DNA of 63,886 bases, filler included, from Octopus bimaculoides (lineage: Eukaryota), in NCBI RefSeq assembly GCF_001194135.2. It is 6 parts of 5 records of this genome, joined end to end, with 100 filler letters (N's around TTAATTAATTAA, not from the genome) between each part and the next. Parts side by side here need not be neighbours in the genome. Positions count along the whole stretch, not along the records: positions 20,399 to 45,927 come from NC_068981.1; 5 more parts are not named here. One strand, 5' to 3'. The notes beneath the pieces are model-generated. The model saw only the letters and a list, made by a program, of their open reading frames with translations. It had not been told where the DNA came from and ran no database searches. A program made the translations under genes and the position numbers. This document shows positions 24,681 to 35,950 of the stretch, one piece after another. Numbering within the stretch: position 1 is the first letter of the stretch; every line of letters begins with the position of its first letter.

Positions 24681-25064
24681 TGGTTGGCACTCCGTCGGTT
24701 ACAACGATGCGGGTTCCAGTTGATCCGATCAAAGGAACAGCCTGCTCGTGAAATTAACGTGCAAGTGGCTGAGAACTCCACAGACACGTGTACCCTTAAC
24801 GTAGTTCTCGGGGAGATTCAGCATGACACAGAGTGTGACAAGGTTGTCCCTTTGAAATACAGGTAGAACAGAAACAGGAAGAAAGAGTGAGAGAAAGTTG
24901 TGGTGAAAGAGTACAGCAGGGTTCGTCACCATCCCCTGCCGCAGCCTTGTGGAACTTTTAGGTGTTTTCGCTCGATGAGCACTAACAACGCCCGGTCTGG
25001 GAATCGAAAGCACGATCCTACGACCGCGAGTCCGCTGCCCTAAACACTGGGCCATTGCACCTCC
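24681..25064 (-). mobile_element. tRNA-derived SINE family C, full length
   Basis: Reverse complement begins ggaggtgcaatggcccagtg..tagggcagcggactcgcggtcgtaggatcg..ttcgattcccagacc and ends ...ggagtgccaacc. Confidence 0.85.
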
Positions 25065-25118
25065 ACAGTAAAAATATAGGTATAGTTAAAACTCACATTG
25101 CGAATTCTGTTTAAAATT

Positions 25119-25484
25119 GCAATGGCCCAGTGGTTAAGGCAGCGGACTCGCGGTCGTAGGATCACGGTTTCGACCCCCAGACCGGACGTTGAGAGTATTT
25201 ATTGAGCGAAAACACCTAAAGCTCCACGAGGCTGCGGCAGGGGATAGTGGCGAACCCTACTGTACTCTTTCACTACAACTTTCTCTCACTCTTTCTTTTG
25301 TACCTGTATTTCAAAGGGCCAGGCTTGTCACACTCTGTGTCACGCTGAATCTCCCCGAGAACTACGTTAAGGGTAGAGGTGTCTGTTGAGTACTCAGCCA
25401 CTTGCAGGTTAATTTTACGAGCAGGCTGTTCCGTTGATCGCATGAACTGGAACCTTCGTCGTCGTGACCGACAGATTGCCACAC
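25119..25484 (+). mobile_element. SINE family C, full length, inverted relative to 24681-25064
   Basis: gcaatggcccagtggttaaggcagcggactcgcggtcgtaggatcacggtttcgacccccagacc ... ttccgttgatcg. Confidence 0.85.
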
Positions 25485-25506
25485 GAAAACTTCAATTACT
25501 CTGTAG

Positions 25507-25838
25507 CAGTGGTTCGAACCATTTAAAAAATTTATTTATAAACTCCCTTAATTATATGGTGGACCGCCATAGCATTTCGATGTTTAAAAACTAGTTTATA
25601 GAAACTTTGAAAATTTCTATTTTGTTTAGCACACACTGACTGGTAGTTTGACCTATTTTAAAAGTTAGAGAAAGAAACCGTCTTGTGTTTTACAATAAAT
25701 ACGTCTAAAACAAAATTCTCTTCATGGTCCCTAGATATACCACTTTAGGTTCGCAATTTATTATTTTGCTTGCGTGAAGCCTTCCTCTATCTTATAAGGA
25801 ACCCCAGAGGTCAAATGAACTCCGGTTGAGAACGAATG
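25507..25838. mobile_element. hAT-type MITE, second copy
   Basis: Ends cagtggttcgaacc ... ggttgagaacgaatg. Internal similarity to 12874-13221 (tttaaaaa.tagttt..tagaaact, ttagagaaagaaacc). Confidence 0.6.
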
Positions 25839-26218
25839 CTTTATCACTATATATCACTCTTATTAATTTCTTCATTCTCACTGTCAATGAGTTTAATGCT
25901 ATGGAATGTAGACGCACCAACTAACTTTTTTTTAGATTTAATTCAATAAATATTTTACACTAATAATACGAACTTACAGTACATTACTTATTATAGAGAT
26001 GTAAAGTATTGTATATTTTTTATTAACATTATGCAGTAAAAATGTAATAAATATGAAACATTAAATGTAATAAAAGTGTCATAACAGTTCTTATATTATA
26101 ATCTTTTAGATTCATGAGTGAGTTTTTTCGATACTTCTAACCGATAGATGTATATTTTTTCACTTTTCGCAATTATCTAGAAGTTTGATATATTATAAAA
26201 CATTGATCTAATTTGAGC

Positions 26219-26257
<39 letters not shown>

Positions 26258-26853
26258 CACACCGACATATACGCATACATTTATATAAACAGAATCTAAT
26301 GAGGTAGGCACTGTTTTGCCTCGGCGAGGAGTGGGAAAAAATCAACCTTTCGCACAGTGTTCTTTTTCAGGAAAAAGTTACAAAGAGAGAAATAAATGAG
26401 ACACATCAGAGTTTTGCATCCTCTAAGTTTACAAAAAGACTAGCAGCAACCGATAAGGAACGAAGACCCGTGTGAACTTCACACGTAAACAAGGAGTGGT
26501 AGGAGAAACAGTGTGATAAGGTTAGCGGTAAGAGAAATGGAATAAGAAGCAGGCAAATTCGAGAGTAAGGTGAAGGGAAAAGATAAACTGAGAGGAGTTG
26601 AAGGATAAGAAAGGGTTGGATGAACTAGGAGAAGGTGCTTGAGTAGAAGTAAAAACGTTCATTGAGACCTGTTGGTGAGAAAGCGTCAAGTTCGAATATG
26701 AAGTACTGTTCCCCTCCATCTATTTGAGAATGTGGATCAATGATGTGCGTAGATGTAGCATAAGTGAGTAATGGAATAGTCTGTAGTTTTGACAGGTTAG
26801 CCAGGCATACCGAATATGCTCCGGAAAGCGATAAACAAGGCGTCGTCCTTTTC

Positions 26854-27287
26854 TTTTCTACTCTTGGCACAAGGCCGAAAATTTTTGGAGAGGGTGCTAG
26901 TTGATTAGATCGACTCCAGTAGGCAACTGCTACTTAATTTATCGACCCTGAAAGGATGAAAGGCAAAGTGAACCTCGGCGGAATTTGAACTCAGAACGTA
27001 AAGTCAGATGAAATACCTATTTCGTTATTGCCCACAAGGGGCTAAACATAGAGGGAACAAACAAGAACAGACGAACGGATTAAGTCGATTACATCGACCC
27101 CAGTGCGTAACTGGTACTTAATTTATCGACCCCGAAAGGATGAAAGACAAAGTCGACCTCGGCGGAATTTGAACTCAGAACGTAACGACAGACGAAATAC
27201 CGCTAAGCATTTCACCCGGTGTGCAAACGTTTCTACCAGCTCGCCGCTAAGCATTTCGCCCGGCGCGCAAATGTTTCTCGTCGCCTT
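26854..27287 (-). mobile_element. SINE family B with a second family-B copy nested inside; 17-bp TSD
   Basis: The inner copy (~27017-27245) splits the outer one at gaaatacc^gctaagc. TSD AAGGCGTCGTCCTTTTC (26837-26853) / AAGGTGTCGTCCTTTTC (27288-27304). Confidence 0.85.
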
Positions 27288-27313
27288 AAGGTGTCGTCCT
27301 TTTCCCCCAATGT

Positions 27314-27650
27314 GATTGCCAGGAGGCTGGTTGGAGAGCGAAGTGTCTCCCAATGGAGGTAGGATGCAGAGGTTTCACAGCCCGTTCCCTGACCAGAGCC
27401 TTCAGCAGTTTGGGAATCGAGGGAGTGAGAAGGAGGAGGGCCATCCGCAGTACCACCGATGTGGCAGAGAGGGCTTCAAAATGACTGTGGATCAAAAGAA
27501 GAGAGCTATGGGGTAGCTAATTGGCCATCTGTACACAAGCTGGGTCTGATCAGCTCCAGCTGGGTCACCTGGAAAATGGTGTATGATGTTGAAAAACTCA
27601 AAACACACCATGATTCCATGCACATCACTGAAGATGTGTCCAGATGCATC
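27314..27650 (+). mobile_element. HERO/R4-like RLE non-LTR retrotransposon 3' end
   Basis: DCQEAGWRAKCLPMEVGCRGFTARSLTRAFSSLGIEGVRRRRAIRSTTDVAERASK*LWIKRRELWGS*. The internal TGA at 27482 sits where Trp is expected. A 3' UTR (gctgggtctgatcag...gtatgatgttgaaa...catcactgaagatgtgtcc) follows. Confidence 0.85.
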
Positions 27651-27955
27651 AGTCATTGATGTATGTACACAACAATGAGTAATATGATATTGTGTCTTAA
27701 AGCCAGTGATTATGTTGACATTTTAAATGTAGCGGCAGGTTTTGCATCGTCGGCGACCGCGTATAGAAATGCTTTGTTGTGTGGGGTTGGCTACTGTAGA
27801 GCTTCTTACTAGATTTCCGAGGACTTTATCTTTTGAGATGTTGAGTTATATAGGTGTTTTTGCTCAATAAACACTAACAACGCCCGGTCTGGGAATCGAA
27901 ACTGTGATCCTCCGACCGTGAGTCCGCTGCCCTAACCACTGCGCTATTGCGCCTC

Positions 27956-28008
<53 letters not shown>

Positions 28009-30091
28009 TCAAGCACACACACACACACACACATACAAGCACACACACACACACATATATGCATGCACACACACACACACGCGCACATGCACACACACGA
28101 ATACATATAGAAACATATAGAAATTGTTTTTGTATCAATCTCTTTCTTCCTTTCCTCTGTCTTTCATGTGTGTGAGTGTGTGTGTGTGGGTGTGTGTGTG
28201 TAGGTGTGTGTGTGCGTTCATGGGTGTATGTGTATGTGTATGTGTGTTGGTGTATGTGTATGTCTGTGTGTTAGTGCGTGTGTGTCGACTCGGGTCTTTA
28301 CGCGCGCGTATACCCACACAAGTATGTGTATGTGTCTGCGCGCGCGTGTGCGTGCGTGTGTGAATTAACGCAGTCTCTAAATAATGTGTGACGATAAAAT
28401 TTTCACAGTTCTGAGTATATAAAGATGATATATTCGGCGGTGTTTCTAAGTTATAGGACATACAATGTTTGAGCTATACGAATACCAATCAACGTGTAAT
28501 TTAACAGCGTAGGACTTCAAGAAAATATAATTTTGTACGAAATATGAACAGCTAGTTACAGGGACACTTAAAACCTCCTAAAATTGGCTTAATTTTCAAA
28601 CACTAATCATCATCTCTATGACAATGATAATCTGCACGATAGAGATATTATGTTGATGTATTATTTTAACGTCGGTAAAAATTTGAACCTAATGTGTCGT
28701 GTAGTTTCAAAAACATAAACATCACAGAGAATATGAAAAAAATAAAAAATAAAATATATATATATCTATAAAAGAAGATAAAGAGAAATAAACAAGGAGG
28801 AGGGGACAAATAATAAATATGTTAACTGTTTGGGGTTTTGTCATTCGAAGAGTCTGGGAACATTTTTGTTACAGTCGCACTAAATAGATTTGAAGCAAAA
28901 TTTAATTTTCTCTTTCTTTGTAAATGAGTTTGTAACATTTCGATTTGTTATTGCCGCTAGCATATATTTGCCATTTGTTTATTTTGTTTTTTAAACGCAA
29001 ATTTCACGACTTTTAAATTGGTTTGCAGATAGGAATTTCGTTAAATTTATAATATTTGTCGTTACTAATTATTTTCTCACAAGGAATTGAGTTGCTTTTG
29101 CTGAGCTAAATCATATTTGGCTTGAATAGAAGTGTGGAATTGTGGATGTGTTTTTTATTTAAAACTTTTTACTGTAATGTTTCAACGCATTTATTAACAA
29201 ATGAAAACGCATAAATAAAGTTTTACAGTAGGTTATTTGAAGTTGTATTGGAATATATTTTCCCAGTTATTATTTTATACATTTATTTTCGAAGAAGACG
29301 CTTTGAAGGTTCCATGCTGTGTGGTGAAGCGTTGTTGCTTTATAAACATGTCTCTGTAGCTGCTACAGTATTAAAAGGACATTTTGGTGCTGCCTACGGA
29401 AAATTTTAATTTTAGGTTCTCATTTAATTTTTTACTCATTACATAGTAACACTGTTGAATTTTAATCAGTAAAGACAATGATAAATGCGATCGTACAGCG
29501 AGCTCTTTAGACTAAGCAGAAAACCTCTAAGCAGAAAAATTCAAAGAAGTTTTCTGCTTTTCAATATCCATTTGTTTCAATATCCAATCTTTTCAATATC
29601 CAATTTTTCATTCCGTTGCATCATAGATGGGTCATTATGCCAATAATAAGCACACGCATTGGTTCTATTACACTACTTTATTTTGAATTAGTTGTTTAAC
29701 AATTTAATCAACTAAATTGTGTTAATAATTGTTCGGTCAATCAGTCAATCAATCGATCGATCCATGAATCAGTCAGTTAGACACTCACTTACCCAATCAC
29801 TCAAGGAATGAACCAATCAGTCAACCAACCAACCAACCAACCAATCAATAAATCAATCAATCAATCAGTTAGTCAGCTAGGTTTGCTAAATGCCCTTTCA
29901 CCACCATTCGCAAACTCAATGACATGTCCTTCCTGCTTAATGTATGTTTTCGTGTATCTGTCTTTCGTTCTTTCTCTCTCTCTTTATATATANNNNNNNN
30001 NNNNNNNNNNNNNNNNNNNNNNNNNNNTTTATCGAACTCATCAAGACAAAACCAAATGGTTCATCATGCCTCCTTCTGTACACCACTTCAA

Positions 30092-30172
<81 letters not shown>

Positions 30173-30179
30173 CACACAT

Positions 30180-30328
30180 TTTATTAATGAAGCTGCAAAG
30201 ACATCCCAAAAAACTGTTACTCAGAGTTTCATGTTCCCGTTCATCGGACAGTTTTGGTTTCTCGACGAACGGGAACGTGGAACACTGAGTAACAGTTTTT
30301 GTGGTGTCTTTGCAGTTTTATTAATAAA
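30180..30328. repeat. Long imperfect inverted repeat (~66-bp arms, 16-nt loop)
   Basis: ttattaatgaagctgcaaagacatcccaaaaaactgttactcagagtttcatgttcccgttcatcg pairs with cgacgaacgggaacgtggaacactgagtaacagtttttgtggtgtctttgcagttttattaataa. Confidence 0.9.
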
Positions 30329-31097
30329 CCATATTACTTTACCTCCTGTATTCGAATACTATTTTCTCCACCTTGTTTCGCATTTATGTGCTTACTCTGG
30401 TATATATACATCTGGTCATATTGTACGTTATTCACCTAACAAATGTCTGAAGGAGGCGTAATTTTCCTCCCCTACTTACGTTAACCACCAAAGAAAAGAC
30501 AATTGGTACGTTCACCCATTAATAGTTCTCGTGGACCTAGAAAGATAAAATAACTTATTAATTTTAGCACTAATATTGTAATTTAAAGTACCTGATATAA
30601 GCAGGAAAGGATTTTATATAATTTTTCATAATTTTAGGTTTAAAACGGATGCGAAAGTACAGTGCTACTGCTACTAAGTGGAACATCTGTATGTTAATGT
30701 TAACTGAAAAATAAAGGTGGACTGAAAGGTTTAGTATATTCAATTGCAACAGACAGAACCTCTCTGAGAAAAAACGTCCTGTTAGATCGAACGGGATGCT
30801 GGGCCTCTTACGTTAAAAATGCTCTTTCAAATAAAAGAAACTCAGGCACATATTTCAGGAACAACATATGTCAATGTAACCAATTACGTTTCCAAGCAAG
30901 AAAGGTATACAAAGTCCTAGATAGCACCTGTAGAAACTGGTCGATTGTTATCATGAAAAGAAAATTGAAAAAAAAAAAAAAAACACTCGGAAACAATTCA
31001 ATGACAAAGTAGTATTATAAAATACCGAAACTATTAAACCGGTTGCGGCTCTTCTTACTCGTCTTCGTTTTAGAAGTTTTCACTCTTCGGTGCTACG

Positions 31098-31345
31098 AAA
31101 GAGGGTTTGAGAGGCAAACATTATTCCAGTGACGAGGAAATGAAAACTGTAGTGAAGAAGTGGCAGAGATACATGCTCTCATTCGAAGGTGGAACGTTGC
31201 TACTGAGAGAAACGGTGACTATGTTGCGAAGTAGGGATGTGATCCGCAGAGGACCAGCTTCATTTTGATGTATGATACATGTCCCTGTGTTGGTAATTAT
31301 TCCAGTCCTAAACAAAATGGCATTACTTTTTGAGTCACCCTCGTA
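31098..31345 (+). mobile_element. Mariner transposon 3' remnant with TIR
   Basis: KEGLRGKHYSSDEEMKTVVKKW, deletion, IHALIRRWNVATERNGDYVAK*. Ends in ...GGCATTACTTTTTGAGTCACCCTCG|TA. Confidence 0.85.
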
Positions 31346-31374
31346 TTTCATTGATAACTAGAACCAGTATTCTA

Positions 31375-31826
31375 TTTACTTGTCTACTCTAGGCACAAGG
31401 TCCGAAATACTTGGTGAGGGGGACAGTTGATTAGATCAACCCCAGTACGCAACTGGTACTTAATTTATCGACCCCGAAAGGAGAAAAAGGCAAAATCGAC
31501 CTCGGCGGAATTTGAACTCAAAACGTAAAGACAGACGAAATACCGTTAAGCATTTCGACTGGCGTGCTAACGATTCTGCCAACTCACCGTCATGAAAGAA
31601 GCTAATAAATATTCCTTTTTACTCTAGGCACAAGGCCTTAAATTTTGGGGGAGGGGTAAGTCGATCATACCGACCCCATAATGCAACTAGTACTTAATTT
31701 ATCGACCCCGAAAGGATAAAAAGGTAAACTCGACCTCGGTGGAAATTGAACTCAGAACACGAAGACAGACGAAATACGCTAAGCATTTCGGCCGGTGTGC
31801 TAACGTTTCTGCCAGCTCGCCGCCTT
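31375..31826 (-). mobile_element. SINE family B tandem pair
   Basis: Two same-orientation copies at ~31375-31590 and ~31615-31826. Confidence 0.8.
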
Positions 31827-34559
31827 GCAATATTCTCTTTATTGTCGCATCATTTTGCTCTTGATGCATTCAGCGATCATTGGTAGTTTTCAGAATATCT
31901 TTAAATTGCTTTGTAAGTTGTCGGTAAATGACAAGTAAATAATTGCATCGTATTTTGTTCTTTCTCGGTTTCAGTTTCAAGCTGTAAATCGTTATGAAGA
32001 TATCATTTTCTTTGCAGCCATAAGCTCATGTTTCATCTCTGCTTTCTACATTTTCCTTATGTATTACTCTTTTTCAGTTGACTGTGGATGATTCTTAGAT
32101 TAACTTCACAAAATTAGATATATTCTCAGACGAAATGTGTGTTTAGCGTAATTTTCCGTATAGAAATTTTCTAAATATGATACACATCCCATTTCTCGCA
32201 TTTGTTTCACTTACAACAAATACACTAATCTGCAGCTCACGTAACAATTTTCTCTGGAAGCAAAATAATGTAATAATAAAAGGAACAACAACAAAAATAA
32301 AATCAACAGCGACAACAACAACAACAATAACAACAATAACACACTGTAAGACAATTCACAGTTCTCAGCATCTTTAATCAAGTTTTTAACTGCGATGCAG
32401 TTCTAATGCATCACCATCTTTGAAATAACGCGAAAATAATGCGCATGAAAAATACATAAATCTTCCGAAAGGTAGAATTAATATTGACAAGCTATAAATT
32501 ATTTAAATTCCCTTTTATATATTCAATGCTTATGTTAAACCGTAAAATTTCGTAGGAAACAAATTACTGTGAGTTGATTTACCGTTAGGAGGGGGGAAAA
32601 CTAACGATTCGGACACTTGTACTTTATCGGAAAGAAATGATATGGAGTCTCATACCATGGTCGTCGAAAGGTAAATGGAAAAAGAAGCGATGAGATAGTA
32701 AGGTATTGTAGTAGCTGTTGGGAGAGCAGGGGGTGGGAAAAGCAGTGTGAGTGTTATAGGAGTATGACACTGTAAATATAGTGGAAGGTGATATGTGTTG
32801 TGCAGGAAAGGAGCGATGAAGGAGGGGATATAGAAAAGAGATTGAGTAGCAAACGTTTCTTAGAAGGGCCCAGTTGCTTGAAATAGGAAGGACGTTGTGA
32901 GGGCCAGATCTAGTGAATTAAGCGGAATATGACAAGGTCATGAGGAAGAAAAGGATGGAAAGAGGGTGCGAGAAAAATAAATAATTTTGAGGATTGCAAA
33001 GAAATAAAAAAGAAACGAACGTATATATCATGTTCTATGCCGTATATGCGGCATTTTCTTCCCAAAACGTCTCCAAAAATTCAATTCAGGCGATGTTGGG
33101 ACTTCCGTAAACTTTAATATGCTAAAATGATTTTTCATGGGTATGCTTTATTGAAGTTGGGATACCCGTGTGTCTTTTATTCCATCAAATTTGCTGACAA
33201 CGTCAGCAAATTCATTCATTCGCCCGGGAACGTGTCTGAGCCGATGGAGGAACCACTGGGTACCATCCGTTTGTCATTGGTCCTAGCTCCAAGGCTTTTG
33301 CCTTACGTCCTCAAACCACCCGAAGCCGGCAGATCTTTAACAATATCGGCCCAAATGTCTTTGGTATTTGTTCCGGCTGTCTGCATTCTGTGTCAAATTC
33401 CGCGTCGTTGCTTCGTGTGTGCGTGTGTGTGTGAGGGTGTCTGTGCATGTGTGTGTCTGTGTTTGTCTCCCACCATCCTCAGCTGACAACTAATTTTGGT
33501 GTGTTTACGTCCCCGTTATTTAGCGGTTCGGCAAAAGCGACCGATAGAATAAGTACTAAGCGACCGATAGAAGAAGTACTAAGCTTACAAAGAATAAGTT
33601 CTGGGGCCGGTTTGTTCGACTAAAAGCGGTGTTCCAGCATGGCCACAGTCAAATGACTGAAAGAATTAAGAGGATAAATCATCAATATTACTGCATCGTG
33701 GTAAGGTTACATGACTTCTTGAATGAAAGCGTGCCTGTGTTTTTAAATGCTTATTGCGTATCATAGTTGAATTGCCGATCGAAACACATCTATGCACATT
33801 TTACATAAACACATTAAATATAATAGATACACAACACGGAATTGAAACTTCAGTATATCGTGGGGCTTATAAATACTATTTCTTGAATGCATCCTTGTAT
33901 CTGACAGTGTATTCATCAATAACTTCTAATTTATGTACGTGGTCAGCAAATTTGAAGGGAGGGGCTTAGTTGAAATCTATTCCCCTGAAAGTGGTCACAG
34001 ATTGATCCCTAATGGTACTCAATGCTTCTCCACGTCTTTATAGCTTTTACTTCCCTTGAGGATTCACCCATCGCTAAACATCCTGACCTCTCTTCTAAAA
34101 GTGAATCAATATGCGCTACTAGCATTCTTCTAATGAATCTGTTTCAAGCTTCGTTAATAAATCCAACACGCGTGAATGACTTGCTTTAGATTCGCTTTAG
34201 ATATAATGATACAAGCTCTTTATCCCACTGTGTATAGAAATGAAGCATGATTTTTCAAGCTACAATCATGGCAGATCATCTCTTTCCCACTGTTTGTTAG
34301 TCTATATCTAGTCGATTTCAGGGTTGTGAGCTTTTGTCATATTTCACTACTGTTGTTTCTTGGACCAATGAGTTATATTACCTTGTGGTATCTATATAAA
34401 AGATTGTGCTGTTGACAGTTATGTGCCTAGATTATAGAGCAGCCCAGTGTTATAATAGGATACGATGCCCCAGACATTCAAATCGTAAATTCGAAAAGAA
34501 ATCTAATGCATTTCAGCCTTTGGATCAACTGAATTTTCTTTTTACTGATCTTTCTCAGT

Positions 34560-34945
34560 TGTTGTTGGCACTCCGTCGCTTACGACGTCGAGGGTTCCAG
34601 TTGATCCGATAAACGGAACAGCCTGCTCGTGAAATTAACGTGCAAGTGGCTGAGCACTCCACAGACACGTGTACCTTTAACGTTGTTCTCGAGGATATTC
34701 AGCGTGACACAGTGTGACAAGGCTGGCCCTTTGAATTACAGGCACAACAGAAACAGAAAGTAAGAGTGAGAGAAAGTTGTGGTGAAAGAGTACAGTAGGG
34801 TTCGCCACCATCCCCTGCCGGAGCCTCGTGGAGCTTTTAGGTGTTTTCGCTCAATAAACACTCACAACGTCCGGCCTGGAAATCGAAACCGCGATCCTAT
34901 GACCGCGAATCCGCTGCCCTAACCACTGGGCCATTGCACCTCCAC
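34560..34945 (-). mobile_element. SINE family C, full length, with 13-bp TSD
   Basis: TSD GATCTTTCTCAGT at 34547-34559 and 34946-34958. Partial copies at about 7719-7952 and 27858-27958 (both minus). Confidence 0.9.
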
Positions 34946-34949
34946 GATC

Positions 34950-35950
34950 TTTCTCAGTATTGCGGCTTCTTCGTGCAATAAGTTTTCTCATCTCGGTCTA
35001 CCTATCAATATGGTCGCGCTAACCTCTCTTTGGATGCTTTCTTTTAATTTTCCTTTCCATTGTTACAAACGTAGTTGTATTTACAAGTAGTGCAGTTATT
35101 TTACTGATGCGACCGAATCCCTGCATGCATTGTTCTTCGTTTTGTTATGTGTAAGAGTCATTCCCCATTGTCATCCAACGCATAAAATATTTCCAGAACT
35201 AATTTAGTCCATTGTTCCTTCTACATTATGCCAACAATTCTGCTGAGGCATAACTATCAATATTGTTTCAAATTTTAGGCGGTGAACTGGTAGAATCGTT
35301 TGCACGCCGGGAAAAAAGCTTAGAGGGATCTCGTCTATCTTTACACTCTTTCGGATTCATTAAAATAAGTACCAGTTAAGCACTGGGGTCGATGTAATCA
35401 ACTTGCCTCCTCTCCCGAAATTTCTGGCCTTGTGCCCAGTATTATTTCAAATTTTATTTTAGCATGTCCACTTCTCACATCCATGCAGCCAATTACAGTT
35501 ATCATAGATTTGTATTAGCCTTAGTTTGTCGATCGTTGTTCCGTATCTTCCCTAATTGTGCCGAGTGATGTTGCAATTCTCCTCTATCTCGGATTCACGT
35601 TACATTTTCGTTGATTTGAGGACCCAAATAAGGGAATGTGTTCCTTGATATCAGCTGAATGCCATTGATTCAGGTGACATCAATGTTGGTGCCATTTATG
35701 TTTGTTTGTTCTCCATCTTCTCCTTTCACCAACACCCTACTCTCATCTCACTTGATTTCCATACCGTTTTTATTTGAAGCAATATCTAGTCTTATCATGA
35801 TATAAGATAATTCGCTTTTAGATTCGGTTAACAAATCATCTGCTTATTGTAGATTGGTTATAACTCTTCTGGCAAGCTTCACACTGCGCATTCAAAATCC
35901 CCAAGACTTCTTTTCATAATTTACTCAACAAAAGACTTTGTTTCGAACCA
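34950..35950 (-). mobile_element. Decayed RTE-clade LINE remnant, interrupted by a SINE
   Basis: INGIQLISRNTFPYLGPQINEN and LHGCEKWT motifs recall the RTE RT C-terminus. Many lesions; limits approximate. Confidence 0.55.

Noticed and set aside
32600-33000. Purine-rich tract possibly from a CR1-like RT (also 26520-26830)
   Set aside because: Only vague codon-level similarity on the minus strand, too decayed to call.
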